Below, piece after piece: positions 24,401 through 39,400 of a stretch of DNA of 64,000 nt. Position numbers and translations under genes: made by a program. The stretch is from Botryllus schlosseri (Eukaryota). Positions within the stretch are counted from its first letter, which is position 1; each line of letters begins with the position of its first letter. Below the pieces are notes generated by a model. It saw only the letters and a list, made by a program, of their open reading frames with translations. It searched no databases and had not been told where the DNA came from. The stretch spans positions 434,001-498,000 of the forward strand of contig CM119386.1 in NCBI GenBank assembly GCA_051294905.1, in the 5' to 3' direction.

Positions 24401-27400
24401 TTTGAAAAAAAATGGTAGCTATAATTTCAATTCCAGACCATTTTGTAAAAAAACTGTGTAGCTACCATTCTGGCTCTTGTCTAATTTGGAAAAACCTCTA
24501 CAGCTATCATTCTAATTCTAATCTAACTTAGACAGCTGAAAATCGTTACCTCACATAGAAGAAATCTCCGGGTTCAGATGAAAGTTTTGAAAATCCGACG
24601 GCATTGAAATAAACGCGTAATGAAGATGCAGGAGACGCTTTCGCAATCAACATAGACGCTCGTTCCAGAGTGGAGTTTTGCAAATCGAGGCTGAACACAA
24701 TAACAGAGACATTTCAAATATAGTAGCTTGTCTCCGTTTCTTCAAATTCTGAGATCCATTTTTCAATTTGATAGACAATCAAGTTTTCCGTAAAATTTTC
24801 ATATTTTATGCCACATCTTTGCCGTGTTTATGTTCCGAAGTGAACCACCGGCTAAGAAATGGCCGAAATAAAATGAAAACTTCAGATAAATTGCTTTTCG
24901 GAGATGCAAACTGACTTTTCGGAGATATTCATATTGAAATGAATCCGAAAGGTTGTGCATTTCCGCTCAACTACAAACAGAGCTGGTCAAAGTAGTTCTG
25001 AAGCACTCAAGTACAAGTAACACCATCAATTTCTACTCAAGTAGTATGACTACTTCATTACTGACCAGAGATGATCATTGGTTTGGATTAGAAATAAAAA
25101 AGGATTGGATGACATCATTTTGACATCTTTTTGAAAGAATGATGTCATTCCGTCTGAAAATCTTCAAAATCGCTCACAAATTACCCATATCTTCGAGTGC
25201 CTTAGTGTCGTAACTGGAATCTACATGGGGCGAACTTACTTGTTCAGCTCTATCATTTCGTCTCCCGTTTTCAATCCCGATTTGGCAGCTTCCTCCCCGA
25301 CAGATTGAAAGAAAAGCCCCGTGTTGTTGCCCCCTACAATGACGCACTCACCCAACCCACACACACTTTCCACCAAACGCGGCTGGCCGATTGGCTGAGT
25401 GCGGCTTGATATCTCCAGTTGGGGGCTGAAAAATAAGTTTTCATCATTACAATTTCTGGCAAGTCACGATTTTTACGCCAATTTTCTGATTTGAGAATAA
25501 ACTTTCTCACTATTCACGGCTTTTACTTCAATTTTGAAGTAGACTTTGACAGAGATGAAAACGGCTTGAATTGACTAGTTATTTAATTCGGCAATACATT
25601 CTTTCTGACAATTCATGATTTTTATATCATGTTTGCGGAAATTTTTTTGCATACTTTCTGCACGGAACACAATCTATTTACATGTCATTTCTAACAATTT
25701 ACATGCACTTTCCTAGAAAATTTCACTTTTACCGAATATGGTTTTGATAAAAAATAAATTTTAAATTACTATTTGAAAATGGCGGTAGGGGTCAGGGGTC
25801 ACCTTGATCTGGGCGTTGTATCCGGGGTGATTGTCCCTTCCCTGTCCTCGTAAGGTGTCAGAGTGGATCGATTCTTTGGGTTTTTCGCGAGATTACCCTC
25901 GATGCTCGAGCGATATTCTGAAGGAAATCACAAGTTTATGAAATTTCAATTTTTGGTTGATTCATGTTAATAATGATAATAATTTTTTCCTTCAAATTTT
26001 GCAGCCAAGGCCATGAATAGTAAATTTGTCTAAAAAAACGATGCACACCAAATTTGGCTCAATTCTAACGTGCAGAAGCTATTGCAGTTATAAAATTTTC
26101 AAATTATTAATTCATATTTTTCAAACTACATTGTCAATCCCATGAAATTGCGAAGTTCTCTAATAGACTATACTAAAAAATATTCACATCGAGTTTGGCG
26201 CGATTCGAACCAGTGGAGGCGAAGTTATTTGAGTTAAAAATTTTGGATTGGAGATAGAAATTATTTACGGTGAGAAATTCTCAAAACATCAATTATCAGA
26301 ACTACCCATCGTAAACACTATTATTTCAAATCCTAAATTTTGAACACCAATAACTTTGCTTCTACCGGTTGAAATTGAGTCAAATTAAGTATGCATCGTT
26401 TTTAGACAACCACACAATTTCATGGTTGACTTTAAAATTTGAAAAAAAAAAACTACAATTTTCCTTTTTTTTATCTGGTTGGGATTGAGTCAAATTTGGT
26501 GCGCAACGTTTTTTTCTTAGCCAAGCTAACATATTTTATTAAATAACCATTAGAGTTTAAAGAGATTGTTGAACAACCCTACTCTACGGTAACTTCTAGA
26601 TCGCTGCATATAGCGATATATATCATCCAGAAAATAATAAATCTTATTTCCGAGCACTTACTCTCTAGATTATATTGAGCAAGGAAAGTGATATTATCTC
26701 CGAGCATGGCCTGGCTCATGATGGCTCGTCCTTGTTCCTCACTGGCAGAACGCAAGTTGATGCCGTTGTACTCGAGCAGTTGATCTCCGTACTCGAGGCC
26801 CGATAGGGCGGCCAGGCTGTGCTCGATGATACGCGAGACAAAGATCCCGCCTTTTGCCCCGCCACCGACGATGGAAATCCCGATCTGTTCGACCCCCTTC
26901 ACCATTGAGATGTGCCGGGGCTCTGTCGTTATAGGAGGCCTGTTGAATAGCGATAATTAGAGGGGGTTCATTGCTACAGGAACCAATCCCACACCAAGAG
27001 TTGGGCAACTACCTAATAATACTTATAGTTAATAGTAGTAGCTCTAATTTTGTATTTTGAAAAATCCAGCATTTCTACTTATTGTTGCGCATTCTGAAAA
27101 GTGAGTAATTCTAGTTTGGGAAACTAGATAATTACAGATGTCTGGTTAGACGAATTGAAACAATTAATGTCAGAAAAGTGAGTGGTTCTAGTTGTAGTAG
27201 CGAATTTTGAAAAGTGAGTAGTTCTAGTTGTAGTTGAGCATTTTGAAAAGTGAGTAATTCTAGTTGAAGCTAGGCATTTTGAAAGAGTAGTTCTAGCACG
27301 GTGTCGGTACAGAAATTTGAAGTGAACTCGATTTGTGTTGCAGTTCTTGCCTTCTTGCTAATTCGGAATTCAAGTCAAGTTCCAAGCTTTCGCGTATTCA

Positions 27401-30400
27401 GGCATTCTAATTCTACTCAAATTGGAATAAAACTGTAGAGCTATGTGGCCTACCCAGTGCTGATTTCATTTGGAAGAAACTGTGAGGCTATCATTCTAAT
27501 TGTTCTCCTGATGTAATATGGAAAATAAAGTGTGCAGTCATCATTCTAATTCTAATCTAGTTTGGGAAAAACTGTGTAGCTATAATTCTAATTCTAGTTT
27601 CATTTTGAAAAAACTACAAATAAAATTCGAATTCTAATTTTGAAAAAAACAATAACTATAATTAAAATTCTAGACAAATTAAAAAAACTATAGCGATCAT
27701 TCTGATTCCGATCTGAAAAAGCTAAAAAAATTTCAAGTTCCACAAACCTGCGCGCTTTGAAAGAAGTTGAAATATTTGACAGCGAACTCAGCCCACTCCC
27801 CGGTATGGTGGGCACCGACGCGTCCATCAAATGCTGCGTTGGTGTCGGTGGCACGGAAGTAGTGGGTGACGGGATGAGCGGGGTGCTAGACGGGTAGAAC
27901 GCTGGAGTTAGAGCCGAAGTTTGAAGCATAGAGGTTGGGTGAAAAGCGGGGGTCGAATGGAAGGGGGTTGGGAGCGAGCTTGGGAGGGTTGCGGCCGGGG
28001 AGTGGCATCGTTTGTTGAACAGGATGGGGGTCGAACGGTCCGACAAGTTGATGGAACCTGCAAGAGAGTTTTATATTTATTTATTTCCGCGATATGAAAT
28101 TAGTTATTTAATAAAACAATGAACAGCTCATAGATTTACCAAACACCTCGCTTTTTAAAACGTTGTTTCCACAAAAAGTTTTGGCTGCCTCATTTTAAAT
28201 CAGGATATGTGTATGATAGTTCATGATTCTGCAGTAGGCTAGTGGTTATTATATTTCTCTCTCTAACCGCAGACGACCACTATTTTGACACCTACTTTTG
28301 TGACTAACTTCAATTCAGGGTTGTAATGACTCGGGTCGCAATTTTTTGGTGACTCGACTTGACTCGAGTCATTTTCTGAAAAACCAAAAACGATTCGACT
28401 TGAGTCAATTTGTGTATTGACTCTAGACTGCGTCTACCAAGGCAGGTATTTCATTGTAATTTCGAAGAATAGTAAAGTTATCACACTATTCTTTTTTCGT
28501 CAATCAGTACTGGTACTTGAAAATGCTACCAGAAGTGACAAGTGAGGAAAATGACTATATTATGAATCCGAAGCATTTGATATCGCCGAGCAGAGTTGTA
28601 AAAGGTGGATTTAAAAAGACATTCACTCTGAACAGAACAGGCAGCACCATGACTTGAACTTGAGTCAAAACACGATGACTCGGACTCGACCCTCTACTCC
28701 AGAGGTCTCAAACTCAAATGTGCTCGCGGGCCAATTTCCTAATTTGTGATGACCCGCGGGCCGCAGCATCAATAAATAGGGGTATTCAATCTATAATATC
28801 CAACTAGGCCTTATTTAACGAACAAATCACATATTCAAATATTTGAATAAAATAGTTTTTGTGCTGGGCATAATTTGTTAGAAATAATGGGGTTTAGACA
28901 TCATGCGAGAGGACGCATGATGATATCGTAAAAGCTGTTGGGTTATAATATTGCAGCTATTGGACCTTTGAAATGCCACAATTTTATGTAGAATATTTTA
29001 GAATTCACTAAAGATTGATCTGATATCAGAGCATGTGAGCGGTGTAGCCTAATCGGGGTTTCTGATATACTTGTGATAAGTATGGGCTATTGTTACTGTC
29101 ATTGCCAAAGTCAAATTAAACCAGCGTTAGGTTTTCTTCGATTAATATTGGAACAGATCAATAACAACTTAAATATAATCATTATTGTTCCATAGTAATA
29201 GCATTGTATCTTTCAATTAGATTTCCAGTGACCCCTGTCGATTTTCAACACAATTTCTGATGAGACCTATAAAAATCAGAAAGACCATTCACATAAAACC
29301 GCGTAGAATATTTTCCAGTTGAATAAATTAGCCCAGAAAATATTCCACAGCATATAGGCCAATTTCCACAATGCATCTGGTACCCCCTATGGTGCTTTGT
29401 ACCACGAAGGGGATACAGACCCCTGGTTAAGAACCCCTGGAATAGAAATGACTAATCGCGGAAGAATCCATGGATGTTACAGCTGTGGAGCGTACCACTA
29501 CCTTACTCGCCACCGATAATAACATGGACAGAGAGAACAAACAACATCCAGGATGTAACCAAATATAAGTCACGGCCCACGGGGGCCACAGAATGCCAAA
29601 TGGTTTCCATACAGACCTGATTAGATTTCTATATTCTATATACCAACGCAAGCTACGGGCTTTTGATATATTACTATTCCCCAAGACAGCTTACTAGATT
29701 TTTGCGTCCGTCGGATTGCCAAGTCACTATCCGAGAGGCAAGTCCTTCCCTGATTTAAACGTTCTACCCTACTCAACCCGAGTCATTTTTAGTTTATCAC
29801 TCAGTCAATCCAGAATCGAGTATAAATTGACGAAAGGTCGCACCAAACAAAATCACAATTTTCAGTCACGAATCATCAACGGTTCATGTTTTGTCATCAT
29901 GAACCTGAAATGTGACGTAATAGCGATCTTCCACTGCATGGTAGATTTTAGGAAGCGATGTTAAAGTGAAGTTTGTTTAGATTTCAGGTTTTTGTAGTAG
30001 TTTTTGAGTGAACTTTAAGTTCCTAAATTTAAAAAAAGATATATGACACTAGAATATATTGCCGAATACTTGAAATTGAAAAATGCCTTCGCGGGCCGCA
30101 CAAAATGCTCTCGAGGGCCGCATGCAGCCCGCGGGCCGCGTGTTTGAGACCTCTGCTCTACTCCGTGACTTGGACTTGACTCGGTGGTGAATGGAAAATG
30201 ACTCGACTTGACTCGAGTCAAAACTAGAAAAGTGAGATTGACTTGCGACTCGGAATTTGCGACTTGGTTACAACCCTGCTACAATTTGCTGTATTTTAGA
30301 CATTCCTTTGTGGAACCATTTATATGAATATATTATTTCAACCATCATTTGTCAAAAAGTGGTTAGTTAGGAGCAGTTTCAATTAAAAAAGAAATATATT

Positions 30401-33400
30401 CTTCAAATTGACTGGATATTCCATAAAATTGTCCGCACACCAAATTCGTCTCCATTCCAACCTTCCAACAAAAGTTTATGGTGTTGAAAATTTTGGATAT
30501 GAAATCACAGTATTTACGGTGGCATTTCTGTGATAATTCAACAAAAAAACGGATAGTGAAAATATCAGTGGAAAGAAATTAACCTTTCTCTGAGCCGCTG
30601 ACTCGCATAACCACCGAATGCTCCGAGGGAATTCGAATGCGTCTGTAATCTCCGGGCTTGATTTGCGTCGGGTCTATGAAGCTTTGCACGGAGCTCGCCC
30701 TTGATGATGTCGTCCTTTCAACAAAAATTACACTGTTAGACAATTGTACAATTACAAAATGCCGGTAAATTAATTGTAACCAAATTTGTGAAATGCTTCT
30801 ATGATCTCATTATAGTTATAATATGACTTCTGGTTTTCCTGAAAATGCTACAGAAGAATTGTATCGTGCGAAACTAGCCAAGATCGGTATACAGACATGT
30901 GCTGTTTTCGTGCTTCGTGAATCTGATTTGATATAAACTGAACTATTCAATTTCCTAGTTCTCGTTAATTCAGGAATCTCAATTCTTATACAATTTGGTA
31001 AAAAAACTGTGTAGCCATATATTCAAGTAGAAAATAAACTGTAGCTACAATTCTAATTCTAATCTAGTTTGAAAAAAAACTGCATACCTACACCCCCAAT
31101 CCTAGTATGATTTTTTTTTAAATTCTAATTCTAATCTAATTTGGAAAAGAATTGTGAAACTGTAATTCTAATTCTAGCTTATTTTGGGAAAAACCTGTAT
31201 AGCTCTTATTGTAATTCTTATTTAATTCTGAAAAATTTTGTAGCTATCAAGAGTATTTCCAATCCAATTCGGAAAGAATTGTGGGCCTATAACTCTAATT
31301 CTGGTTTGGAAAAAAAGCTATCATTCATTTGGAAAAACTTTGTTGCTAGAATTCTAATTTTAACTCGAATCTGATTTGAAAAATCTGAATATGATCTAGT
31401 TGACCTTAATTCTCCTGCATAGACTCGTGAATCGAAGCAAAAATGCGACTTGACTCGAGTCACCATAAAAAATCGAGTGACTCGTCAGCAATGTAACGCT
31501 TGGCTTTCATGCAACATCACCCACTTTGCGCTGGTGGGTCTTGGCAGAGACTTGGCGCTTCTGGGTTCTGGGTCCGCGCCCCGGACAATCTGAGATTGAG
31601 GCGATCCAATCGCAACGACGGCCTAGAAACAAGAGGAGCTAGTAGGTTTGCGCTTGTGGCAGAAAAATACAAACTTACTTTCTCAGTGGTAGGAGTGGGC
31701 GGCACAGATTGATTTCGGTGAAAACCAGGTCTGTACAGTAATACAAACAATCACATACTGCGAGTAAACAAGCAGGTCTGGGAAAAATAGAGCATTAGTG
31801 ATTTGGTTCTCAACCAAATAGTAGGCTTTGAGTCGAGCATTTGAGTCCCGTAACATTATAGATGTTGTACAAATTCAAATTGCAAACTTTTATATGAACA
31901 CCAAGAATATGCACGTTCTAAAACATAATAAAGAGGGCCTGACATTTTTTCGACCATACCTATTTCATTGCACTTTGTGACAATGCTGCTTATCACGACT
32001 TCACAGATATGTCATTTTCACTGATGTTGCAGCTTAGCACTGCATGTTTCGTATGCCGTGATACAACCAATCAAGGCTTCAAGGCCGTTGCAGTGGAGAA
32101 TGCTATTGACACTATAATTTACGTTGATAAACAAACTCTCAGTGGCAAGAATAATATCATTTTGATACAAGAATCATCCCTCATCTCTAATCATGGAATT
32201 CACACTTGTAGTTATAGTTCTAGTTGCGGATTTCGAAATTTTGGCACTGCTAGCTCTGGCTCTAGTTGCGAGTTTAAAAATAAATGACTAGTTCTAGCTC
32301 TAGTTGTAGATTTGGAAAGTGAGCAGTTCTAGTTCTAGTTGCAAGTTTTGAAAAGGAGTAGTTGTAGTGCTAGTTTTAGTTGCGAATTTTGAAAAGGGAG
32401 TAATTTTAGTTCTAATTCGGAATTGAAAAAATACGAATAACTCTGGATTTCCAGTTGTTAGTCAAAGTCACCTGAAAATGTGATTCTGTTCGGAATTCAC
32501 TCCAACCTTGGATGTCACACCCACAATATTGGTGGGTCTGGTTTGGGGTTGCGAGGTCACGGGGACAACTGACGATCTGAAATGAGTTTGGGGTAAAGTT
32601 TGTGACAGAAACGAATGACTGACTTGACTTTGCCCAATTTTTCAAGGAGTCATACAATTACAACACACAAAGTGACTCGAGACAAGTCTAGGCATTTTCC
32701 ATATAAGTCGAGTCCGACTCGAGTCATTTTTCATGTTAAAAAATTGACTCACTCTGGAATGGGAGGAGCGTGCCGCGAGTTGTTGTTGTTGGATGAATTA
32801 GGAGGCAGCTGAGAAAGAGCGAGAGAGATTGAAAAAAGCAGATTAAAGGAGAGAATATTTCCGAACAAACTTACCGGGGAGAATCCGGGCACCGAGACCG
32901 GCCGTTGCCGTTTTGGGGCTCGCGGCACCCGGTCTGAAATAGAGTTGGAATTTTTGTAAAATAATTTTGGATTTTAAAAAATCTACAGTAAGACACCCAA
33001 TCATTATTAATTGTAGAATATCCCACCGTAAATACCATTTTTGTAAAACCCAAAATTTACAACCCCTCAACTTCGCTTCTAGAGGCTGGAATTGAGCCAA
33101 ATTCGATGTGTTTTTCGCATACCTTAACAATTCTATCGACTAGCCAGTAAAAGTATAAAACGTACTTTGAATATGAATTTTTGCTCTGAATCAGAGTGAC
33201 TGACATCCGAGAGTAAGTCACTTTAACATGCGACTTTATAACCCCAAAACAAACCTTAACCCTGGAATCAACCCATATATACATATCCAAGCCTCAACCC
33301 TAAACCTAGCCTGACCTAAATTTAAATCTGTCTCAAAATTGAACCATAAATGTTACATACACATTAGAGCTGTTAAAAATCTTCTTTTGACGGACGTTAA

Positions 33401-36400
33401 TGGTCATATTATGACGACGAACCCATTCAGACAGACAGATGCTGACCTTGAAATGATTTTGCTTGTGGGCTGGTGGGACTGGCCACCAAGCCCCGGATAA
33501 AAGTGGGTGGAGTCTGCCCGGCATTGAACTGTGCGGGAGGGGTGAACGTCGACGAGTCGATCCGCGGTCGAGTCTTTTTCTTGTCAAAAACCGACAGACC
33601 TGAAAAAGATTTATTTCATCAACTTGTTAAATTGTTCAAACTATTAGATTCTTAAATCCCTCATCTACAACTACATATAGTCACTTTTAAAAATCCGCTA
33701 CTAGAACTAGAAATAGAGCTACTCACTTTTCAAAACTCACAACTAGAACAAGAACTAGAATTACTCACTTATCAAAATTTGAAATTAGAACTAGAACTAC
33801 TTACCTTCCGAATGAACTTCAACTCTGGGCCAGGTCCCACCAGACGATGTTTTTGCGTCCGCATTGTTTGAATTTTTGGATAACACGGGAACGCCCGAGA
33901 CCGTTCCCCCTGTCGTCGGGGACTTGGGACTTTGCTTTTTTGTGATGATTGACGACCAAAACGAACCTCTTGGCTGAAATAATTTTTTTTAATCAAAAAA
34001 ACTTGATTGGAATCCAATTTCTCGCGGTTTCTCACCTTGCGCGGTTTTTTCTCTCGTTTTGAAGAAAGATTCCGCTGAAAACTGGCGTTTGAATCGCTCG
34101 ATTTGAAAGATGGGTTGGAAGGGTGCCGATGGCTGATGGCTGTGAAAAAACAAACAGCGTTCACACCAACACAGATCAAATTACATAATTCCAGTTGTCC
34201 AACTACACTAATTACAGCAAAATGCTGGTGATCCAATTGTAGTCAAACTTGTGAAATGTTCTCATTTTATTTCTAATCACACTTCTAGTTTTTCTGAAAA
34301 TGCTACATGCATGTAACTGCATAGCGCAAAATGACTCAAGGTTGGTGTACAGACACTTGCTATTCTCGTTCATTATCAGAAACAGCTATGATTTGATACA
34401 AAATGAACTTGATTTTCAAAATATTGCGAATTCCGTAATTCTAATTCTAATCTAATTTTGGAAAAAACACCGTAGCTATATTCATTAAAAGCTGTCTATT
34501 CAGCAAAATAGTCTTCAACTGATAACTTTCAGGACAAAACAAACCATTACCTTGTCAGTGCACTGCGAATCTTATCGCATTTATGAACTTGGCATTTCTG
34601 GTATACAACTGCATAGATATGACAAATATATTCTTCAAAAATAAAAAATAAATTCTGCGAGTGACGACAAAAAAAAAAGATTTTGAAGAGGATAAAAACC
34701 TGTCGTAGAGTCGGAATAAGTTGAAGTGCTTTGATGGGATTCTCCTCCCGACGATTTGCAGGCCTGAAAAAAATGCTGTTCGAATACATAACTTTTTCAC
34801 TTGTAGAGTAGTTGTACTCACGCTGGAAGTTTGCGCGTGATGCACGACACGTTGCGTCATCGGAGTGTCGTTTGCCGACTCATCGCCTGTAGAGTTTGGC
34901 TGAAAAAATAAAAGATTGATACAAAGGCCAATACTGTAGCGCAACACTTGCGTTGTTCAAAATGAACTATTTTTCAAAATTTCAAATTTCAAGACATATA
35001 AACAAGCATTACTTCATGCTCATACATAATGAGCAACAATTTTTCGGCGAAGCAAATACTATTTTTTCAAATCCAAAATTGTCTACCCCAATAACTTCGC
35101 CTGTGCGCAACGATTTAGGCACGCTACCATTTTTTTCAACGAGCCAGCAAAATTTGGAAAAAACTATTTCTGAATAACACTCTAGCAACCCAACAATTTA
35201 ATCCTTGAATCGGTGAAATATGGACATAAAACTTCATTTTCAACAGTCACAATGCTGGGCTCGTACTACGTGAGAGCTTCGCTTCTATGGGTTAGAATTG
35301 AGCTAAACTTTTTTTGTAGGCAACCTAACAATTAGCCAGTGAAATTTGGAAAAAGTGTTCTATTTCTAATAGCTTACAGAAGTGCAGATTCAGCCTTTCT
35401 AGTTTATTTCAAGTCGGTGCAGAACAATGGCTGTAGAGCCGTTCAAATAAATACGATTACGTTTTGGAAATGCGCCTTACGTTAGATGCCGTATCTTTTG
35501 ATTATCGGGTTATCGGTGATATGCTAGTTATCAGTTCAAAAATCCAATAGTGGTCGGGAGCTATGTTTGGGCAGCCTAAAATTCCTATTTTAAATTCCAT
35601 TTCATAGCTGGTAATAATTGAAATTTTTCATTTCTAATATATCCAACGAATCCAACAGGTGAAATATTCAGATAAAATTGGATTTTTCACACTCACAATG
35701 CTGGGTCTGTGCATAAACCTCAAATCTCTGTCCGTCTGACATTGGGCGTCGACAGTCCTGGCGTTGGACCTCGCGAAAATAGCCGAGTCCACAGACTGCG
35801 GCCCAAACTCCCCGTTTAGGGACTCGCCGTTAGGAGGTGGTGACCCAGACCGCATGACCTTTATCAGGCAAGGGTGGTTTGAATTTGGGACGAGTCTTTG
35901 CAACTGTGGCGCGTTGTCAGAGTTGACGGAGGTCTCGTTGATGCAAACCACGCGGTCCTCGACTGTGATGCCGGGGCACGAACTACGGGTCACAAACAAG
36001 CCCGTTTCCAGGTTCAGGTCCGGTTGACGCGGCAGCTTGTACTGAAAATTGAAGATTATGGGTTTAGTAAAATAACAATATAAAAAAAGCCTAAAATAAA
36101 ACAGAAAAAACCTGCATACAAAGTTGTAGAAGCAAAGTTGCTGTGCAGAAATTATGGAACTAATGGCGATGATACAAAAATTCTTGGACTTAACTCAATT
36201 CCGATTCGTACAAGCAATATTCTAGAGTTGAAAACTTTGGATTTGCTAGAAAAAAAATCTAAATTTTGATAAACTTTCAGACCAGCATCGTCGAGTGTTC
36301 GCTTTCCTGGGTTGTTCCAAAATAATGAGAAAATAGAAATGAAATGAACAAGAGCTGCACACAATATGGGGCTCAATTCCAACTCGAGTTGAAAATTTTG

Positions 36401-39400
36401 TACTTATTAAAAATGAATTCTTAAAATTTCACTTTTCTTCCCTAAAATCATAACCGCTTGAGTGCTAAGCACTGCGGTGAAGATTCATTGAAGATATTCG
36501 AGTAGAAGTAAAAGTATCGATTTTCAATCGAGTAGGAAGTAAGTTCTGTCGAAAAACTGAAAATTATTGACTGAAAGTGGAAGTAGTGATTCACAAATGA
36601 GTACAAAAGTAAGTATTCCAGGAATAGTTTGCCTAATAACTCGACTCGAGTAGAAATTTACATCATACCTGGAAGGTTTTGAGTCTGCGGGGCACTCCGC
36701 CACCCTCTAACGTCGATATCTCCTCGCTGCCAAACTCGCAGCAAGTGTCGATGGCCGAGTCGTGGCTGTCCGTGTTGTCTCGCCGGCCGGAGGACGTCGA
36801 CACGTCAATGCGAGCTGCTGAGCCGTGGGGTTGGAGGTCGTGCAGTTGTTTGCGGAGGCGTTTTTTGGCTTCTTTTGTGGCATCGTGCTCCTGATAGAAA
36901 AAATAAATACAGAATTTTTTTTTTATCCCTCGGTTACCAAAAAGTGTTTGTGTAGCATAACTTTGACTGACTACCAACGAAATATGACCGACTAATATAC
37001 GTCAGCTAGATTTTCCGTGAATCAGCCCCCCCCCCCCAAGTCACCCAAATATAAAATAGCAAGCCAACCGAAAATTTCATCAGATTTTATTTTGCAGTGT
37101 AATAGACTCGTCATTTTACGACATGATGGGCTCATCAGCAAACTCAAACCTTGATTTCCGTCTCCAATTGCTTCATAATGATCTCCTTGTCCTCGGCCAG
37201 TTTATCGAACGTCTTCTTGATTTCGTCCCGTTCGCAACGCATTTTCTCTCTCTCGTTGAACGCCATCACTCGATTCCTACGAAAAAGTCGAGATCACAAG
37301 TTTGTACTCAAAATTTTAAACAAGAACTAGGTCAGGCAAAATTGAGAACCCGATTGATTCCATTATGAAGCCAGCATTCGTTTATCATTCATTGTTACGG
37401 TATAACATTATGAAAGATAATGAAAGTTGAAAAATGTTGATAAATTAGCTCTTAGTGACAAGGAGCAGGTAATATCAGTGGTCAAAAAATCATCTCCCGT
37501 TACTCGACTCAAATCACCAGAATTAATACTGGAATAATTGTGTCTAGCCAGGAATTAGACAACTAGATAATTGTAGTTGCTACCCAATTGGACTAATTAG
37601 CGTGAAATGCCGGGAATCTAATTCTCATCTACTTCGCAAGATGATTCTGTGCCCTCGCTTCAATTCTAATTTAATTTCTGCTTTTCCTTGTAAATGCTAC
37701 AAGCAAACTGTATCGTGTGAAACGACGAGGATCCGCTCAGATTTGGTATGAACAGAAGTGGATTTTTGATGTTTATATTTGTGAATTTAGTAATTACAAT
37801 TCTAATATAATTAGGAAAAAAATTATACATATAGAATTCTAGTTCTAAAATGGTATAACCTTAATTACAATTCCAATCTAATTCAGAAAAAACTTGAAAA
37901 GCCATATGCCTAATTCTAATCTAATTTGTAAAAAATGTTTAGCTATTATGTGTAGCTATTATTCCAATTCTAATCTAATTTTGAAATAAGTAAAACTATA
38001 CTGTTAATTTTAATCTGATCTGTATAAGCTGAAAATTTCCTAATTATCCAAGTCTGTTCCCAGCTTTACCAGCAACAAACCTCATTGCATCTCTCGCCTC
38101 CACGGTGGCTTCCTTCAACTCAATATTGAGAGAATCCACTTTCGAGACCAGACCTTTATTTTCGTTCTTCAGTTTCAAGATGGCGTCGTTCGCGGTTTCC
38201 AAAGCCTTCCGCGTGACGTACGCCTCGTGAAGTTGGGCCTCGTATTGAGCCAAGGCTTGTTTGCGTTCCCGTTGAGCCACAAATATCTCTTCTTGCAGCG
38301 CAGGGACATTCTGGAGGCTCTGGAATACGGAGGGGGTCAGAAACAGTCAACAAAAAAAAGTGTCTTTCAATTAAAGTCGAAAGAACTTCAAGATGGATAG
38401 ATCGATACATGAATAGATAGATAACTTTAGGAGTACGTAAAATTTTCAAAAAGTAAGCAATCTAGGGCTAATTACGCTTGAAAAAAATGGAAACTGTTTA
38501 ACAGTATCAGCTGTAACGTCTTACATTTCTGCACAAAAATAAGCAAAATAAGCATAAGCAGATTTTTGTTTTATGAAAAAGTGAGTTTTACCTAAAAGCA
38601 CTTTTGAGTGTACTAGTGACTTGAGCAAGTAGCGACTTACAAATGAGTAAAAAATTAGTATTCCAGGCCTAGTTTTAGTTAAAAAACCGAAAGCTATTCG
38701 GTAGTGGTAGTATTAGAACTAACGTCACATATTTTTATAAGAATGATACCGGGAGATTCTGTACTGCAAGCTTGGCTCATTTCGTACTATACAGTTCTCC
38801 TGTATCATTTACAGGAAAAGTAGAAACTTCATTAGAATGAGATCAAAGATACATTTCATAATTTAGATTAGAATTTGATTACCCGCATTTTGTTCTGATC
38901 TCAAACTCTGGTGCAAAATTCGAATTACTACCTTTACAAAATGGGGTGGCGACCAAATCCTGAATCCTACCTGTTGGCTCCCGCGATTCTGTTTGAGCGA
39001 GTTTATCTCCACGATGAGTCTCTCCTTCTCTTCTTGCACAGATTTCTTCTCATTCGCCACTTCCGACCTTGTGAGGAAGCATTTTGTCAGACAAGACTTG
39101 CACAAACTACCAATTTAATTAGTTGATGGTAAACTAGTTGCTGCTTTGTTTAATAGTCATAGTTTTGAAAAGATGATAGTGCTAGTTCTAGTTGAATATT
39201 TCGAAACGCCAGTATTTTTAGTTATAGGCTACTTTGTGATTTTGAAAATTGAGTAGTTCTAGTTTTGGTTGCAAAAGGTGAGTAGTTTTAGTGGTAGTTC
39301 TAGTTCCAGTCATGAGTTTTGAAAGTGAGTAGTTGTAGTTCCAGCTGCGAGTTTTGAATATCAAGTAGTCTATTTCCAGTTACTGTTTTCGAAAAGTGAG

